IMG/VR virus record: IMGVR_UViG_3300045988_094522
Length of the DNA: 45,880 nt
Origin: a virus
Reading direction: 5' to 3' (one strand)
In this document: positions 24,079 through 32,634 of the stretch, piece by piece
Layout: every line of letters starts with the position of its first letter
Numbering within the stretch: position 1 is the first letter of the stretch
Made by a program: the position numbers and the translations under genes
The notes under the pieces: generated by a model
The model's database searches: none
Told to the model about the DNA's origin: nothing
What the model saw: only the letters and a program-made list of their open reading frames with translations

Positions 24079-25746
24079 ATGGAATACAAGAAAATCAAAA
24101 CACAGATTGAAAATGCTGTGCGAAAGTCCCCTTCTGACCCAGTGCCGTATGAGGATATGTTTTCCCTCTGCCGGGATATGGAGAAGGAAGATTTTGCAAA
24201 GGCTCATAAATGGAACCAGGCTTTTAGAAAGAAAATATCTGCTGCCATTCGTCTGTCTGTAACGGACGGGGATATGCTGGCGGCTGAACAGTTCGACAAT
24301 CTTTTGTTCCGCTCTCTACTTTTTGGTGCGCCGCATTTCTTTGATGATTACTTGCAGGCAGTGGAGTTTGGCAAGCCGCTTGATAAGAAGTTCTATCAGC
24401 CCCGCCGTCATTACCTGAAACGGTATGTAGACGCATATCAGGAAGTGCTTGAGGGGAAGCTGGACTTTCTCTCTATCTCCATGCCGAAACGTGCGGGTAA
24501 GTCTCAGTTAGGTATCAACTTTACCAATATGCTTTCCGGGAAATTTCCTGACCGCTCTACCCTGATGGAAGGTACAGGTGATGACCTTGTGAAGTCGTTC
24601 TATTTGGGTTGCCTGGAATATATGACCACCCCCAGTGACTATCACTTTTATGATATTTTCCCTGAGAGTAAGTTGGTGCAGACAAACGCAGATACGAAGA
24701 TTATTAACTTGCTCCATAAATCCCGTTTCCCCACGGTAATGTGCCGTTCCATTGACGCAAGGCAGGTAGGTCTTTCCGAAGCAACGAACCTGCTTTATCT
24801 GGATGACTGTGTAGAGGGACGTGAGGAAGCAAAGAACAGACAGCGGCTTGATGATAAATGGGAGGTTATTTCTGGTGACGTTATCGGACGTGCAATCGAA
24901 GGAACACCCATTGTGATTTGCGGTACACGGTATTCTCTGTATGACCCTATCGGGCGGTTACAAGAGGAAATGCGTAAGCAGGGTAAGCGAATGAAGATTA
25001 TCGAAACCCCGGCTCTTGACCTTGTGACGGATGAAAGCAACTTTGAGTATGTGCGTGAGGGAAGGAAAGTTTTCACCACGCAGTATTTCCGTGACCAGAG
25101 AGAAATGCTTTCGGCTGAACAGTTTGAGTCTGAATTTCAGCAGCAACCTTTTGAAGCGAAGGGCTTACTTTTCCCGGAAGCCAGTTTGAACCGTTTCTTT
25201 GAACTTCCGATTGACCGTGACCCTGACAGTATCATTGCGGTCTGCGATACTGCGGATAAAGGTGAGGATTATTGCGCTATGCCGATTGCGGCGGTCTATG
25301 GGGATGAAGTGTATATCATTGACGTGGTGTTTGATGACTCTCCCCCAGAGGTGACGAAGCCAGAATGTGCAAAGGCTCTGATGGATAACAAGGTGGTTGC
25401 CTGTACCTTTGAGTCCAATAATGCGGGTTCGTACTTTGCAAGGGACGTGCAGGATATTATGACGAAGCGGGAGTACGTCTGCAATGTGAGAACGAAAAGG
25501 ACTATCAGCAACAAGCAGACAAGAATTGAGTTTGCTTCTGATACCATCCTGAAAAACTTTTATTTTAAAGACCCGTCTCTTTACGCGAGGAACAGTCAGT
25601 ATGCAGCTTTCATTAAGCAGGTAATTACATACACCCGCTCTGGTAAAGTGCCGCATGATGACGCTCCTGACTCCCTTTCTCTGCTGGAAAATGAACTCAG
25701 GGGGCTTGTCGGCGCAAAGGTTGAGGTGTTTAAGCGTCCTTGCTAA
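24079..25746 (+). CDS. terL: Terminase large subunit
   Basis: ATG follows AGGAGG. Walker A-like ISMPKRAGKSQLG, LLYLDDCVEG, and the nuclease region AVCDTADKGEDYCAM...FESNNAG...PHDDAPDS. Confidence 0.85.
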   Translation: MEYKKIKTQIENAVRKSPSDPVPYEDMFSLCRDMEKEDFAKAHKWNQAFRKKISAAIRLSVTDGDMLAAEQFDNLLFRSLLFGAPHFFDDYLQAVEFGKPLDKKFYQPRRHYLKRYVDAYQEVLEGKLDFLSISMPKRAGKSQLGINFTNMLSGKFPDRSTLMEGTGDDLVKSFYLGCLEYMTTPSDYHFYDIFPESKLVQTNADTKIINLLHKSRFPTVMCRSIDARQVGLSEATNLLYLDDCVEGREEAKNRQRLDDKWEVISGDVIGRAIEGTPIVICGTRYSLYDPIGRLQEEMRKQGKRMKIIETPALDLVTDESNFEYVREGRKVFTTQYFRDQREMLSAEQFESEFQQQPFEAKGLLFPEASLNRFFELPIDRDPDSIIAVCDTADKGEDYCAMPIAAVYGDEVYIIDVVFDDSPPEVTKPECAKALMDNKVVACTFESNNAGSYFARDVQDIMTKREYVCNVRTKRTISNKQTRIEFASDTILKNFYFKDPSLYARNSQYAAFIKQVITYTRSGKVPHDDAPDSLSLLENELRGLVGAKVEVFKRPC

Positions 25747-25844
25747 TCCCTCAATGGTTATCTAAAATTTTTCCTTGAAATGAGCATTGGAGGATGATAT
25801 ACTCATGTTAGAAGATATTTTGTGCAGTGAGGGAGGTGATTAAC

Positions 25845-27320
25845 GTGGGTATGGTACTGCATGGAAGAATGATGATTACGACTGACGAAACAGAAGTAAC
25901 CATGAACAATGTGCTTACTATCCTGCAAAAAGCACTTCCTTATCACTGGAAAAACCGCTCTGAGATTGATTATCTCTATTGGTATTACAAGGGCATACAG
26001 CCCATTCTCAACCGCCAGAAAGAAGTAAGACCTGAAATCTGCAATCATATAGTGGAGAACCGGGCGAATGAGATTGTCTCTTTTAAATCGGGCTATCTGA
26101 TGGGAGAACCGCTACAGTATGTCTCTCGTGGTAACGGTGATAATCTGGCAGAAGCAATCAATCAGCTTAATGAGTTTGTTTTTGCAGAAGAAAAGCCTGC
26201 AAAGGATAAGGAGTTGGCTGACTGGTTTCATATCTGCGGAACTTCCTTCCGAATGGTTCTGCCTGATGAAGCGGGTGAGGAAGATGATGCTCCGTTTGAG
26301 ATTTACACCCTTGACCCCAGAAACGCTTTTGTGGTGTATCATAACGGGCTGGGGAATAAACCCATTCTGGGTGTGAAATATGTGGTGGACGAAAACGGGC
26401 TGGTGCATTACAGTTGTTATTCCGACCACGAGTATTTTGAAATCGTGGACACTCAGATTGTCGCACATGATACGCACATTCTGGGGGATATTCCGATTAT
26501 CGAATATCCGTTGAATATTGCCCGTATCGGCGCATTTGAGTTGGTCATTCCCCTGTTGGACGCTATCAACCTGACAGACAGTAACAGACTGGATGGGGTT
26601 GAGCAGTTTGTCCAGGCTCTTATGCTTTTCCATAACGTGGATATTTCCTCTGAGGATTATCAAAAGTTGCGTGAGGAAGGGGCAATTAAGTTCCGGGATA
26701 TTGACCCGCAGATGAAAGCGGAGATTGACTACCTGATTAGCAATCTGAACCAGAGTGAAACGCAAACTCTGGTAGACCATATGTATCAGACAGTGCTTAC
26801 CATTTGCGGTATGCCGAACCGTAACGGCGGTTCTTCTACGAGTGATACAGGTTCCGCAGTTATCATGCGTGATGGCTGGTCTGCTGCCGAAGCAAGGGCG
26901 AAGGACAGTGAACTCATGTTTAAAAAGTCTGAGAGGATTTTCCTCAGACTGATTTTGAACATTTGCCATACGCTGGTAGATATGGATTTGAAGGTCTGCA
27001 ACATTGAAATCCGTTTTACCAGGCGTAACTACGAGAACATTTACCAAAAGGCACAGGTGCTTGACCTCATGCTCAAGAATGAGAAAATTCATCCACGCCT
27101 TGCCTTTGAACACTGCGGCTTGTTTGTTGACTCTGATTTGGCTTACACATTGAGTGTGGAATATGCCGAAGAACAGGAAAAGAAAGCCCAGGAGTTATTT
27201 GAGAAACAGCAAGCTATGAAAGAGGGAGGTAATGAAGATGACCCCAGTGATAACGAAGGAAATGGTGGAACAGATGGAAACACTGCTCAAACACGGGAGC
27301 AGGGTGGAAATACTGATTGA
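25845..27320 (+). CDS. Portal protein (SPP1 gp6-like)
   Basis: GTG 25845 lies 8 nt after GGGAGG (start uncertain; ATG 25851 is an alternative). YWYYKGIQPILNRQKEVRPEICNHIVENRANEIVSFKSGYLMGEP. Follows terL. Confidence 0.8.
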   Translation: MGMVLHGRMMITTDETEVTMNNVLTILQKALPYHWKNRSEIDYLYWYYKGIQPILNRQKEVRPEICNHIVENRANEIVSFKSGYLMGEPLQYVSRGNGDNLAEAINQLNEFVFAEEKPAKDKELADWFHICGTSFRMVLPDEAGEEDDAPFEIYTLDPRNAFVVYHNGLGNKPILGVKYVVDENGLVHYSCYSDHEYFEIVDTQIVAHDTHILGDIPIIEYPLNIARIGAFELVIPLLDAINLTDSNRLDGVEQFVQALMLFHNVDISSEDYQKLREEGAIKFRDIDPQMKAEIDYLISNLNQSETQTLVDHMYQTVLTICGMPNRNGGSSTSDTGSAVIMRDGWSAAEARAKDSELMFKKSERIFLRLILNICHTLVDMDLKVCNIEIRFTRRNYENIYQKAQVLDLMLKNEKIHPRLAFEHCGLFVDSDLAYTLSVEYAEEQEKKAQELFEKQQAMKEGGNEDDPSDNEGNGGTDGNTAQTREQGGNTD

Positions 27321-27375
27321 GCAGGGTAAGGTAGCCATTGTAGAAGTCAAACGAAAGCTGAAAATGAAGGAGTAA
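27238..27375 (+). CDS. Possible small ORF overlapping the portal 3' end
   Basis: GAGGGAGG lies upstream. MTPVITKEMVEQMETLLKHGSRVEILIEQGKVAIVEVKRKLKMKE. Confidence 0.25.
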   Translation: MTPVITKEMVEQMETLLKHGSRVEILIEQGKVAIVEVKRKLKMKE

Positions 27376-27406
27376 CGCCGGGGCAACGGCTCTGGTGAGT
27401 CCAATG

Positions 27407-27443
27407 GGACTGTGAGTGACAAACTCATAGTCCTTTTATTTTT
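27407..27443 (+). terminator. Strong hairpin + T-run inside the late operon
   Basis: ggactgtgagt-gacaa-actcatagtcc (11 bp with one G.U) followed by ttttattttt. Confidence 0.7.
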
Positions 27444-27446
27444 GCC

Positions 27447-28025
27447 ATGAACGAGATTTTTAATTCCTACATTGAAGCGTTTGACGAACTCAATGTGCTT
27501 ACTACTGCCAGTTATTACTCTGCTGATAACGAAGAACAAATTGCAGATGACGTACTCTCATTTCTGATACAAGCCTACCGACTGGGAATTATGGCGGCAG
27601 GTGAAATGCTTACGGCTGACCTGAGTGTAGATATGGACAGCATGAGAGACGTTATCTATTTCCTGATTGATGGAAAAACCTTTGAGGACAGAGTGGCAAC
27701 CCATGTAGCTTCCGATAATCTGACTGGGTTAAAGCTACTGGTGGAGTCAGAGTATCAAAGGGTTTTCAATGCCGCCATTTATGACGGCGGAGAACAGTAC
27801 CAGAGAAATACAGGGATAAGGGTATCAAAGGTATGGCGAACCATGCTGGACGAAGATGTGAGAGATAGCCATAGATACCTGGAAGGTATGACGGTTCCGC
27901 TGGATGACTATTTCTATACCTGGGATGGGGATTATGCCCTGGCTCCGCATGGATTTACTCAGGTATGGAACAATGCGAACTGCCGCTGTGTGCTGGTGCT
28001 GAAAATGGATGGTTTGCAGAATTAA
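27447..28025 (+). CDS. Head morphogenesis protein (Mu F / SPP1 gp7-like)
   Basis: VSKVWRTMLDEDVRDSHRYLEGMTVPLDDYF...NANCRCVLV. Confidence 0.75.
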   Translation: MNEIFNSYIEAFDELNVLTTASYYSADNEEQIADDVLSFLIQAYRLGIMAAGEMLTADLSVDMDSMRDVIYFLIDGKTFEDRVATHVASDNLTGLKLLVESEYQRVFNAAIYDGGEQYQRNTGIRVSKVWRTMLDEDVRDSHRYLEGMTVPLDDYFYTWDGDYALAPHGFTQVWNNANCRCVLVLKMDGLQN

Positions 28026-28038
28026 CCCTTCTGCTTGT

Positions 28039-28120
28039 CATGGTGAGGGAACACCTTAAAACGCAAACTCAGACAAGAGGATAAAACGGAAAACATGGTG
28101 AGGGAACACCTTAAACGCAA
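28039..28120 (+). repeat. Two direct copies of catggtgagggaacaccttaaa(a)cgcaa upstream of the scaffold gene
   Basis: Copies at 28039-28066 and 28094-28120, identical except for a 1-nt indel. Confidence 0.85.
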
Positions 28121-28131
28121 GGAGGACTATT

Positions 28132-28719
28132 ATGAGTTATTTAAGTGATTTGCTGGGCAGTGCCTACAAAGAGGGCATGACCGAAGATGAAATTTCAACT
28201 GCCTTACAGACGGTTGGACAGGGAAATGAAGCTGAGATTAACAGGCTGAAAGCTGCGCTTTCAAAGGTAAATTCGGAAGCTGCCGACTATAAGAAGCAGT
28301 TACGCACGAAGCAGACGGATGATGAAGCTGCGGAAGCTGAACGGAAAGCCAATATGGAAAAGCTGACTCAGGAAAATGCCGACCTCAAACGGTCTATCGC
28401 TCTTTCTGAGAAAAAATCAAAACTGCTTGGAATGGGTTATGACGAGCAGTTGGCTGAAAGTACCGCTACCGCTATGGTGGACGGTGACATGGACGCTGTG
28501 ATGGCTAATCAGAGTAAATATCTCGAAGCCCAGAAGAAGGATATTCTTGCCGACAAAATGAAGAAAACCCCACGTCCTGCTGGGGGTTCTGAAAATACTG
28601 GCGGCGCAGATTATCAGAAGAAAATTGCAGAAGCACAGGCAAGCGGCGATTATACCGCTGCCGCATATTATACACGCCTGATGGCACAGGAGACTGCGGC
28701 ACAGGCAGAAAATAAGTAA
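28132..28719 (+). CDS. Scaffolding protein (DUF4355-like coiled coil)
   Basis: Lies between the MuF-like and capsid genes. Ala/Glu/Lys-rich coiled coil. Confidence 0.65.
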   Translation: MSYLSDLLGSAYKEGMTEDEISTALQTVGQGNEAEINRLKAALSKVNSEAADYKKQLRTKQTDDEAAEAERKANMEKLTQENADLKRSIALSEKKSKLLGMGYDEQLAESTATAMVDGDMDAVMANQSKYLEAQKKDILADKMKKTPRPAGGSENTGGADYQKKIAEAQASGDYTAAAYYTRLMAQETAAQAENK

Positions 28720-28733
28720 AGGAGTGACATATA

Positions 28734-29756
28734 ATGCCTGATACGTTTGCTACCAGTTTTGGTGTACTGAACTACAGCGGTATGCTGTTCAATAAGGGTA
28801 ACGTGCGTACCCCGCTTTCTGCCATTATCGGCAGTAAGGCAAAAACCACGAACCATGTAGAATTTGTGACCGGGCAGGAATACACTGCGGGCGGTGACGG
28901 GTCTCAGCCTGAAATCAGTGAGAACGCTTCTCTGACTGCCCCTGACGCTACGGTGACGAAGCGTGAGCAGAAAACCAATGTGACCCAGATTTTCCAGGAG
29001 TCCGTGGGTATCTCTTACGGTAAGCAGAGTAACATGGGTACTCTGTCCGGGCTGAATGTTGCTAATCAGCAGGCTAACCCCATGAACGAACTGGACTTCC
29101 AGGTTGCAGCGAAGGTTCAGAAGGTGAACCGTGACATTGAGTATACGTTTATCAACGGCGTATATCAGAAAGCAACGGATGATGACACGGCGAACAAAAC
29201 CCGTGGTCTTATCCCGGCAATTACCAGTAACACTATGGCTCTGAGCAATAAGCCCCTGGGTCTGTGGGACATTGCCGATATGGTGAAGAAAATCTACGGC
29301 GCAAACGCCCCGACTGATGGGCTTTGTCTGTGGTGTGACGCTACTACGCTGTTCCAGGTGAACGCTGACGCTGTTCAGAACGGTCTTACCGTTGTCCCGG
29401 CTGCCCGTGAGATTAACGGTATCGCTCTTTCCAGTGTGGTAACGCCTATCGGTGTGGTTTACCTGTATCTTGGTGAGTGCCTGCCTGCTGGTACGGCTCT
29501 GCTTCTGAACCTGAGTGTTCTGGCTCCCGTTTATCAGCCTGTTCCCGGTAAGGGCAACTTCTTCCTTGAGCCGCTTGCAAAGACTGGCGCAGGTGAGAAG
29601 TATCAGCTTTTCGGGCAGATTGGTCTTGACCACGGCCCCGAATGGTATCACGGCAAGTTCACGGGTGTCAGCACGAAGTTTGACAAGCCGACTTACAGCC
29701 GTTCCATTTATGTGGCGAACGCTTCTGAGTTCCCCACTGGCGGCGCAGGTGCCTGA
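28734..29756 (+). CDS. Major capsid protein (HK97 fold presumed)
   Basis: 340 aa directly after the scaffold gene, with a strong RBS. Composition and length are typical of this family. Confidence 0.75.
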   Translation: MPDTFATSFGVLNYSGMLFNKGNVRTPLSAIIGSKAKTTNHVEFVTGQEYTAGGDGSQPEISENASLTAPDATVTKREQKTNVTQIFQESVGISYGKQSNMGTLSGLNVANQQANPMNELDFQVAAKVQKVNRDIEYTFINGVYQKATDDDTANKTRGLIPAITSNTMALSNKPLGLWDIADMVKKIYGANAPTDGLCLWCDATTLFQVNADAVQNGLTVVPAAREINGIALSSVVTPIGVVYLYLGECLPAGTALLLNLSVLAPVYQPVPGKGNFFLEPLAKTGAGEKYQLFGQIGLDHGPEWYHGKFTGVSTKFDKPTYSRSIYVANASEFPTGGAGA

Positions 29757-29778
29757 TTAAGAAAGGAGGGTGGACAGC

Positions 29779-30087
29779 ATGACGAATGATGAAAAACTGG
29801 TAATTCTGAAACGCATTACGGGTGAGACGGATGACGAAGTGCTGTCCACTTATCTTTCTCTGGCTGCTGGGGTGGTTCTGACTCACGCTTACCCATACGG
29901 GGGTGTTGAAGAAGTTCCGGCTCAGTATGACAATGTTCAGATTGAGATTGCGGCGTATATGCTGAATAAGCGTGGTGCAGAGGGAGAGACGAGTCATAGC
30001 GAAAACGGCGTTTCCCGTTCTTATGAAGATGGTGACATACCGCCTACTCTGCTGCGCCGTATCGTTCCTACAGCGGGGGTGTTGTGA
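29779..30087 (+). CDS. Head-tail connector (gp6-like adaptor)
   Basis: ATG lies 9 nt after AGGAGG. DDEVLSTYLSLAAGVVLTHAYPYG...NVQIEIAAYMLNKRGAEGETSHSENGVSRSY. Confidence 0.65.
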   Translation: MTNDEKLVILKRITGETDDEVLSTYLSLAAGVVLTHAYPYGGVEEVPAQYDNVQIEIAAYMLNKRGAEGETSHSENGVSRSYEDGDIPPTLLRRIVPTAGVL

Positions 30088-30461
30088 TGAAACTGATGAA
30101 GCGCAATTTATCCCCCATTCATTATTGCTTGTACAAAGGGAAAGAACCGCTGCTTGATGACAGTGGTTATGAGACAGGCGAGACCCGTATCTCTTATGAG
30201 TCCCCCGTTTCTCTTTTGTGCAGCGTTTCCCCCGCCACGGGATATGCACAGGTAAATATGTTCGGCAATTTGGAGTCTTATGACAAGGTTCTGATAACGG
30301 ACGATATGAGTTGCCCGATTGATGAAAACACAGTGCTTTTTGTAGATAAGGAGCCTGAGTTCAGTCAAGAGGGAGTACCGCTCTTTGATTACCGTGTGCG
30401 GAGAGTGGCAAAGTCACTGAACAATATCTCTTACGCTATAAGCAAGGTGACTGTATCGTGA
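30087..30461 (+). CDS. Head-tail joining protein (hypothetical)
   Basis: Called from position. TGATG overlap with the upstream gene. Confidence 0.45.
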   Translation: MKLMKRNLSPIHYCLYKGKEPLLDDSGYETGETRISYESPVSLLCSVSPATGYAQVNMFGNLESYDKVLITDDMSCPIDENTVLFVDKEPEFSQEGVPLFDYRVRRVAKSLNNISYAISKVTVS

Positions 30462-30988
30462 AGAAGCGTGTTATCAAGGTGGAGTTATCCCAGAAAGGGA
30501 TTGATAAAGCCATAAAGGAACTGAATGACTATAAGAAATGGTTAAAGGATTGCACTGAGAAATTTCTGAAAGCCCTGGCAGACGAAGGGGCGCAGATTGC
30601 TACAGCAAAATTTCAGCGGGCAGTTTATGACGGCACGAATGATGTAAAAGTCTCCGTGGAAAACAGGGATGAAGATACCGTTGCCGTTGTTGCCGTTGGA
30701 GGTGCGGTTCTGTTTATTGAGTTTGGTACCGGCGTGAAATATCCTGACAATCACCCGGAAGCCGGGAAGAACGGTTTTACCCGTGGCGGTTACGGGTATC
30801 ACCTGGGCAGGCTCAAAAACGGATGGCGTTATACAGGCAATCCAGGTTCCAATGGCGAGGTTATCACCAGTGGTGAACACGCTGGCGAGGTACATACCTA
30901 CGGCAACCCTGCCAATATGAGTATGTACCGGACAGTCCGGGAGTTGGAAGAACATTTTGAAGAAATTGCAAGGAGGTGTTACACATGA
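30458..30988 (+). CDS. HK97 gp10-like tail-completion family protein
   Basis: GGAVLFIEFGTGV motif. GTG start overlaps the upstream stop. Confidence 0.45.
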   Translation: MKKRVIKVELSQKGIDKAIKELNDYKKWLKDCTEKFLKALADEGAQIATAKFQRAVYDGTNDVKVSVENRDEDTVAVVAVGGAVLFIEFGTGVKYPDNHPEAGKNGFTRGGYGYHLGRLKNGWRYTGNPGSNGEVITSGEHAGEVHTYGNPANMSMYRTVRELEEHFEEIARRCYT

Positions 30989-31386
30989 TTGACTGCGAAA
31001 ATGAAGTTTATACCAGAGTCGCACAGGTGTTGCGTGAAAAGTTTCCTGGTATAGACGTAGCCAGTGAATATGTGCAGTCACCTTCTTCTTTTCCTCATGC
31101 GAGTATTACCCAGAGTGACAGCTATACGCTGAATGAGCGGCAAGACACGAGCATGAAGGAAAACATGATTGAGGTCATGTTTGAAATCAATGTGTACTCC
31201 AACAGGACTGATGGTAAGAAAACAGAATGTAAGAACATTCTGAAAGTAATAAATGACGAATTGTACTCCATGAATTTCAGACGGACGGCAATGACACCCG
31301 TTCCGAACATGGAGGACGCAACTATCTACCGTATCACTGCCCGATACAGGGTAGCGACTGACGGGAAACATTTTTACAGGAGGTAA
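30985..31386 (+). CDS. Tail terminator-like protein (hypothetical)
   Basis: Lies immediately before the tail tube gene. AGGAGG is 8 nt upstream. Confidence 0.4.
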   Translation: MIDCENEVYTRVAQVLREKFPGIDVASEYVQSPSSFPHASITQSDSYTLNERQDTSMKENMIEVMFEINVYSNRTDGKKTECKNILKVINDELYSMNFRRTAMTPVPNMEDATIYRITARYRVATDGKHFYRR

Positions 31387-31391
31387 TAAGT

Positions 31392-31823
31392 ATGGCTACG
31401 AGTACCTATATGACTTTCCTCATGCACAAGAACGAGGACGCATGGGAGAAGTTGCTGGATATTACGGAGTTCCCCGACCTGGGCGGTGAACCTGAACTGC
31501 TGGAAACCACTACTCTGTCCCACCGTATGCAGACGTATGTAAAGGGTGTTCAGAGTAACGAAGGTCTGAATTTCAATGCGAACTATGACCTTACCGAATA
31601 CAAGGCTCTGAAAGCACTTGAAGGTAAGGACGAAGAATACGCTGTTTGGTTTGGCGGTACGGAGACTGCTTCTCTGCCTACGCCTACTGGCTCTGAGGGT
31701 AAGTTTTCCTTCCGTGGTGATTTGTCCGTATTTGTTACGGGCGGCGGCGTGAATGAGGTTCGTGGTATGACCATCACGATTGCTCCGTCCACGGTTATCA
31801 GTGAAGTCACGGATGATGTGTAA
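31392..31823 (+). CDS. Major tail (tube) protein
   Basis: LLDITEFPDLGGEPELLETTTLSHRMQTYVKGVQ...LNFNANYD matches the siphovirus tube pattern. No sheath gene is present. Confidence 0.7.
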   Translation: MATSTYMTFLMHKNEDAWEKLLDITEFPDLGGEPELLETTTLSHRMQTYVKGVQSNEGLNFNANYDLTEYKALKALEGKDEEYAVWFGGTETASLPTPTGSEGKFSFRGDLSVFVTGGGVNEVRGMTITIAPSTVISEVTDDV

Positions 31824-31861
31824 GAAACATTTAATTTGAAGAATTAAAGGAGGGTTTGGCA

Positions 31862-32194
31862 ATGGCTAAACAGATTATTTTCACTTTTGAGGACAAGGAA
31901 TATACGCTTGAGTTCAACAGGCGTACCGTCAAGCAGATGGAGGACGAAGGCTTTGTTGCCCAGGAGATTGACTCCCGCCCTATGACGCTGCTCCCTGCTT
32001 TGTTTGCAGGTGCGTTTAAAGCACACCACCGTTTTGTGAAGCAGGAGACCATTGACAAGATTTATAAGGCTATGCCGAATAAGGAGGATTTGATTGGTAA
32101 GTTGGCTGAAATGTACAATGAGCCGATTATCGCTCTGATGGAGGAGCCTGATAACAAAGCGGGAAAAAACGTGGAGTGGACAACGAACTGGTAA
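31862..32194 (+). CDS. Tail assembly chaperone (G-like)
   Basis: Lies between the tube and tape-measure genes. Ends shortly after the slippery site. Confidence 0.7.
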   Translation: MAKQIIFTFEDKEYTLEFNRRTVKQMEDEGFVAQEIDSRPMTLLPALFAGAFKAHHRFVKQETIDKIYKAMPNKEDLIGKLAEMYNEPIIALMEEPDNKAGKNVEWTTNW

Positions 32195-32631
32195 CGGGTT
32201 CTGAGTCCGGGGCTGCAACGGGCGGCGGCAACCGCCGCCGACCCGTTGTTTCACGTTACGGAGAAAAGTTTGAAGAACTTTGCGGATATTACATGAGCAT
32301 AGGGATGACCTACCACGAATACTGGGACGGAGACTCTATGATGGCAAAATATTTCCGTGAAGCGGAAGAACGGAAAAGAGAACGTGAAAACTATAATGCT
32401 TGGCTTCAAGGGGTTTATATCTATGAAGCCTTGCTGGACGCTTCCCCGGCACTGAACGCTCTGAGTAAAAAGAAAAAGCCTTATCCCTACAGGAAATCTC
32501 CTATTCCGATTACGGAAACCGAAACCCGCAGGCAGAAGGATGAAGAAAATCGGGAAAAGATGAAAAACGGTTTGGGTGCTATGAGGGCGCTTATGGCGGG
32601 GATTAACAAGAAATTTGGGAAGGAGGGATAA
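31862..32631 (+). CDS. Tail assembly chaperone, -1 frameshift fusion (GT-like)
   Basis: A -1 slip at G GGA AAA (32161-32167) joins the open frame that runs to 32631. Confidence 0.6.
32161..32167 (+). promoter_or_regulatory. Programmed -1 frameshift slippery heptamer GGGAAAA
   Basis: In the zero frame it reads gcG GGA AAA aac. The -1 ORF is open from here. Confidence 0.6.
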
Positions 32632-32634
32632 CCT

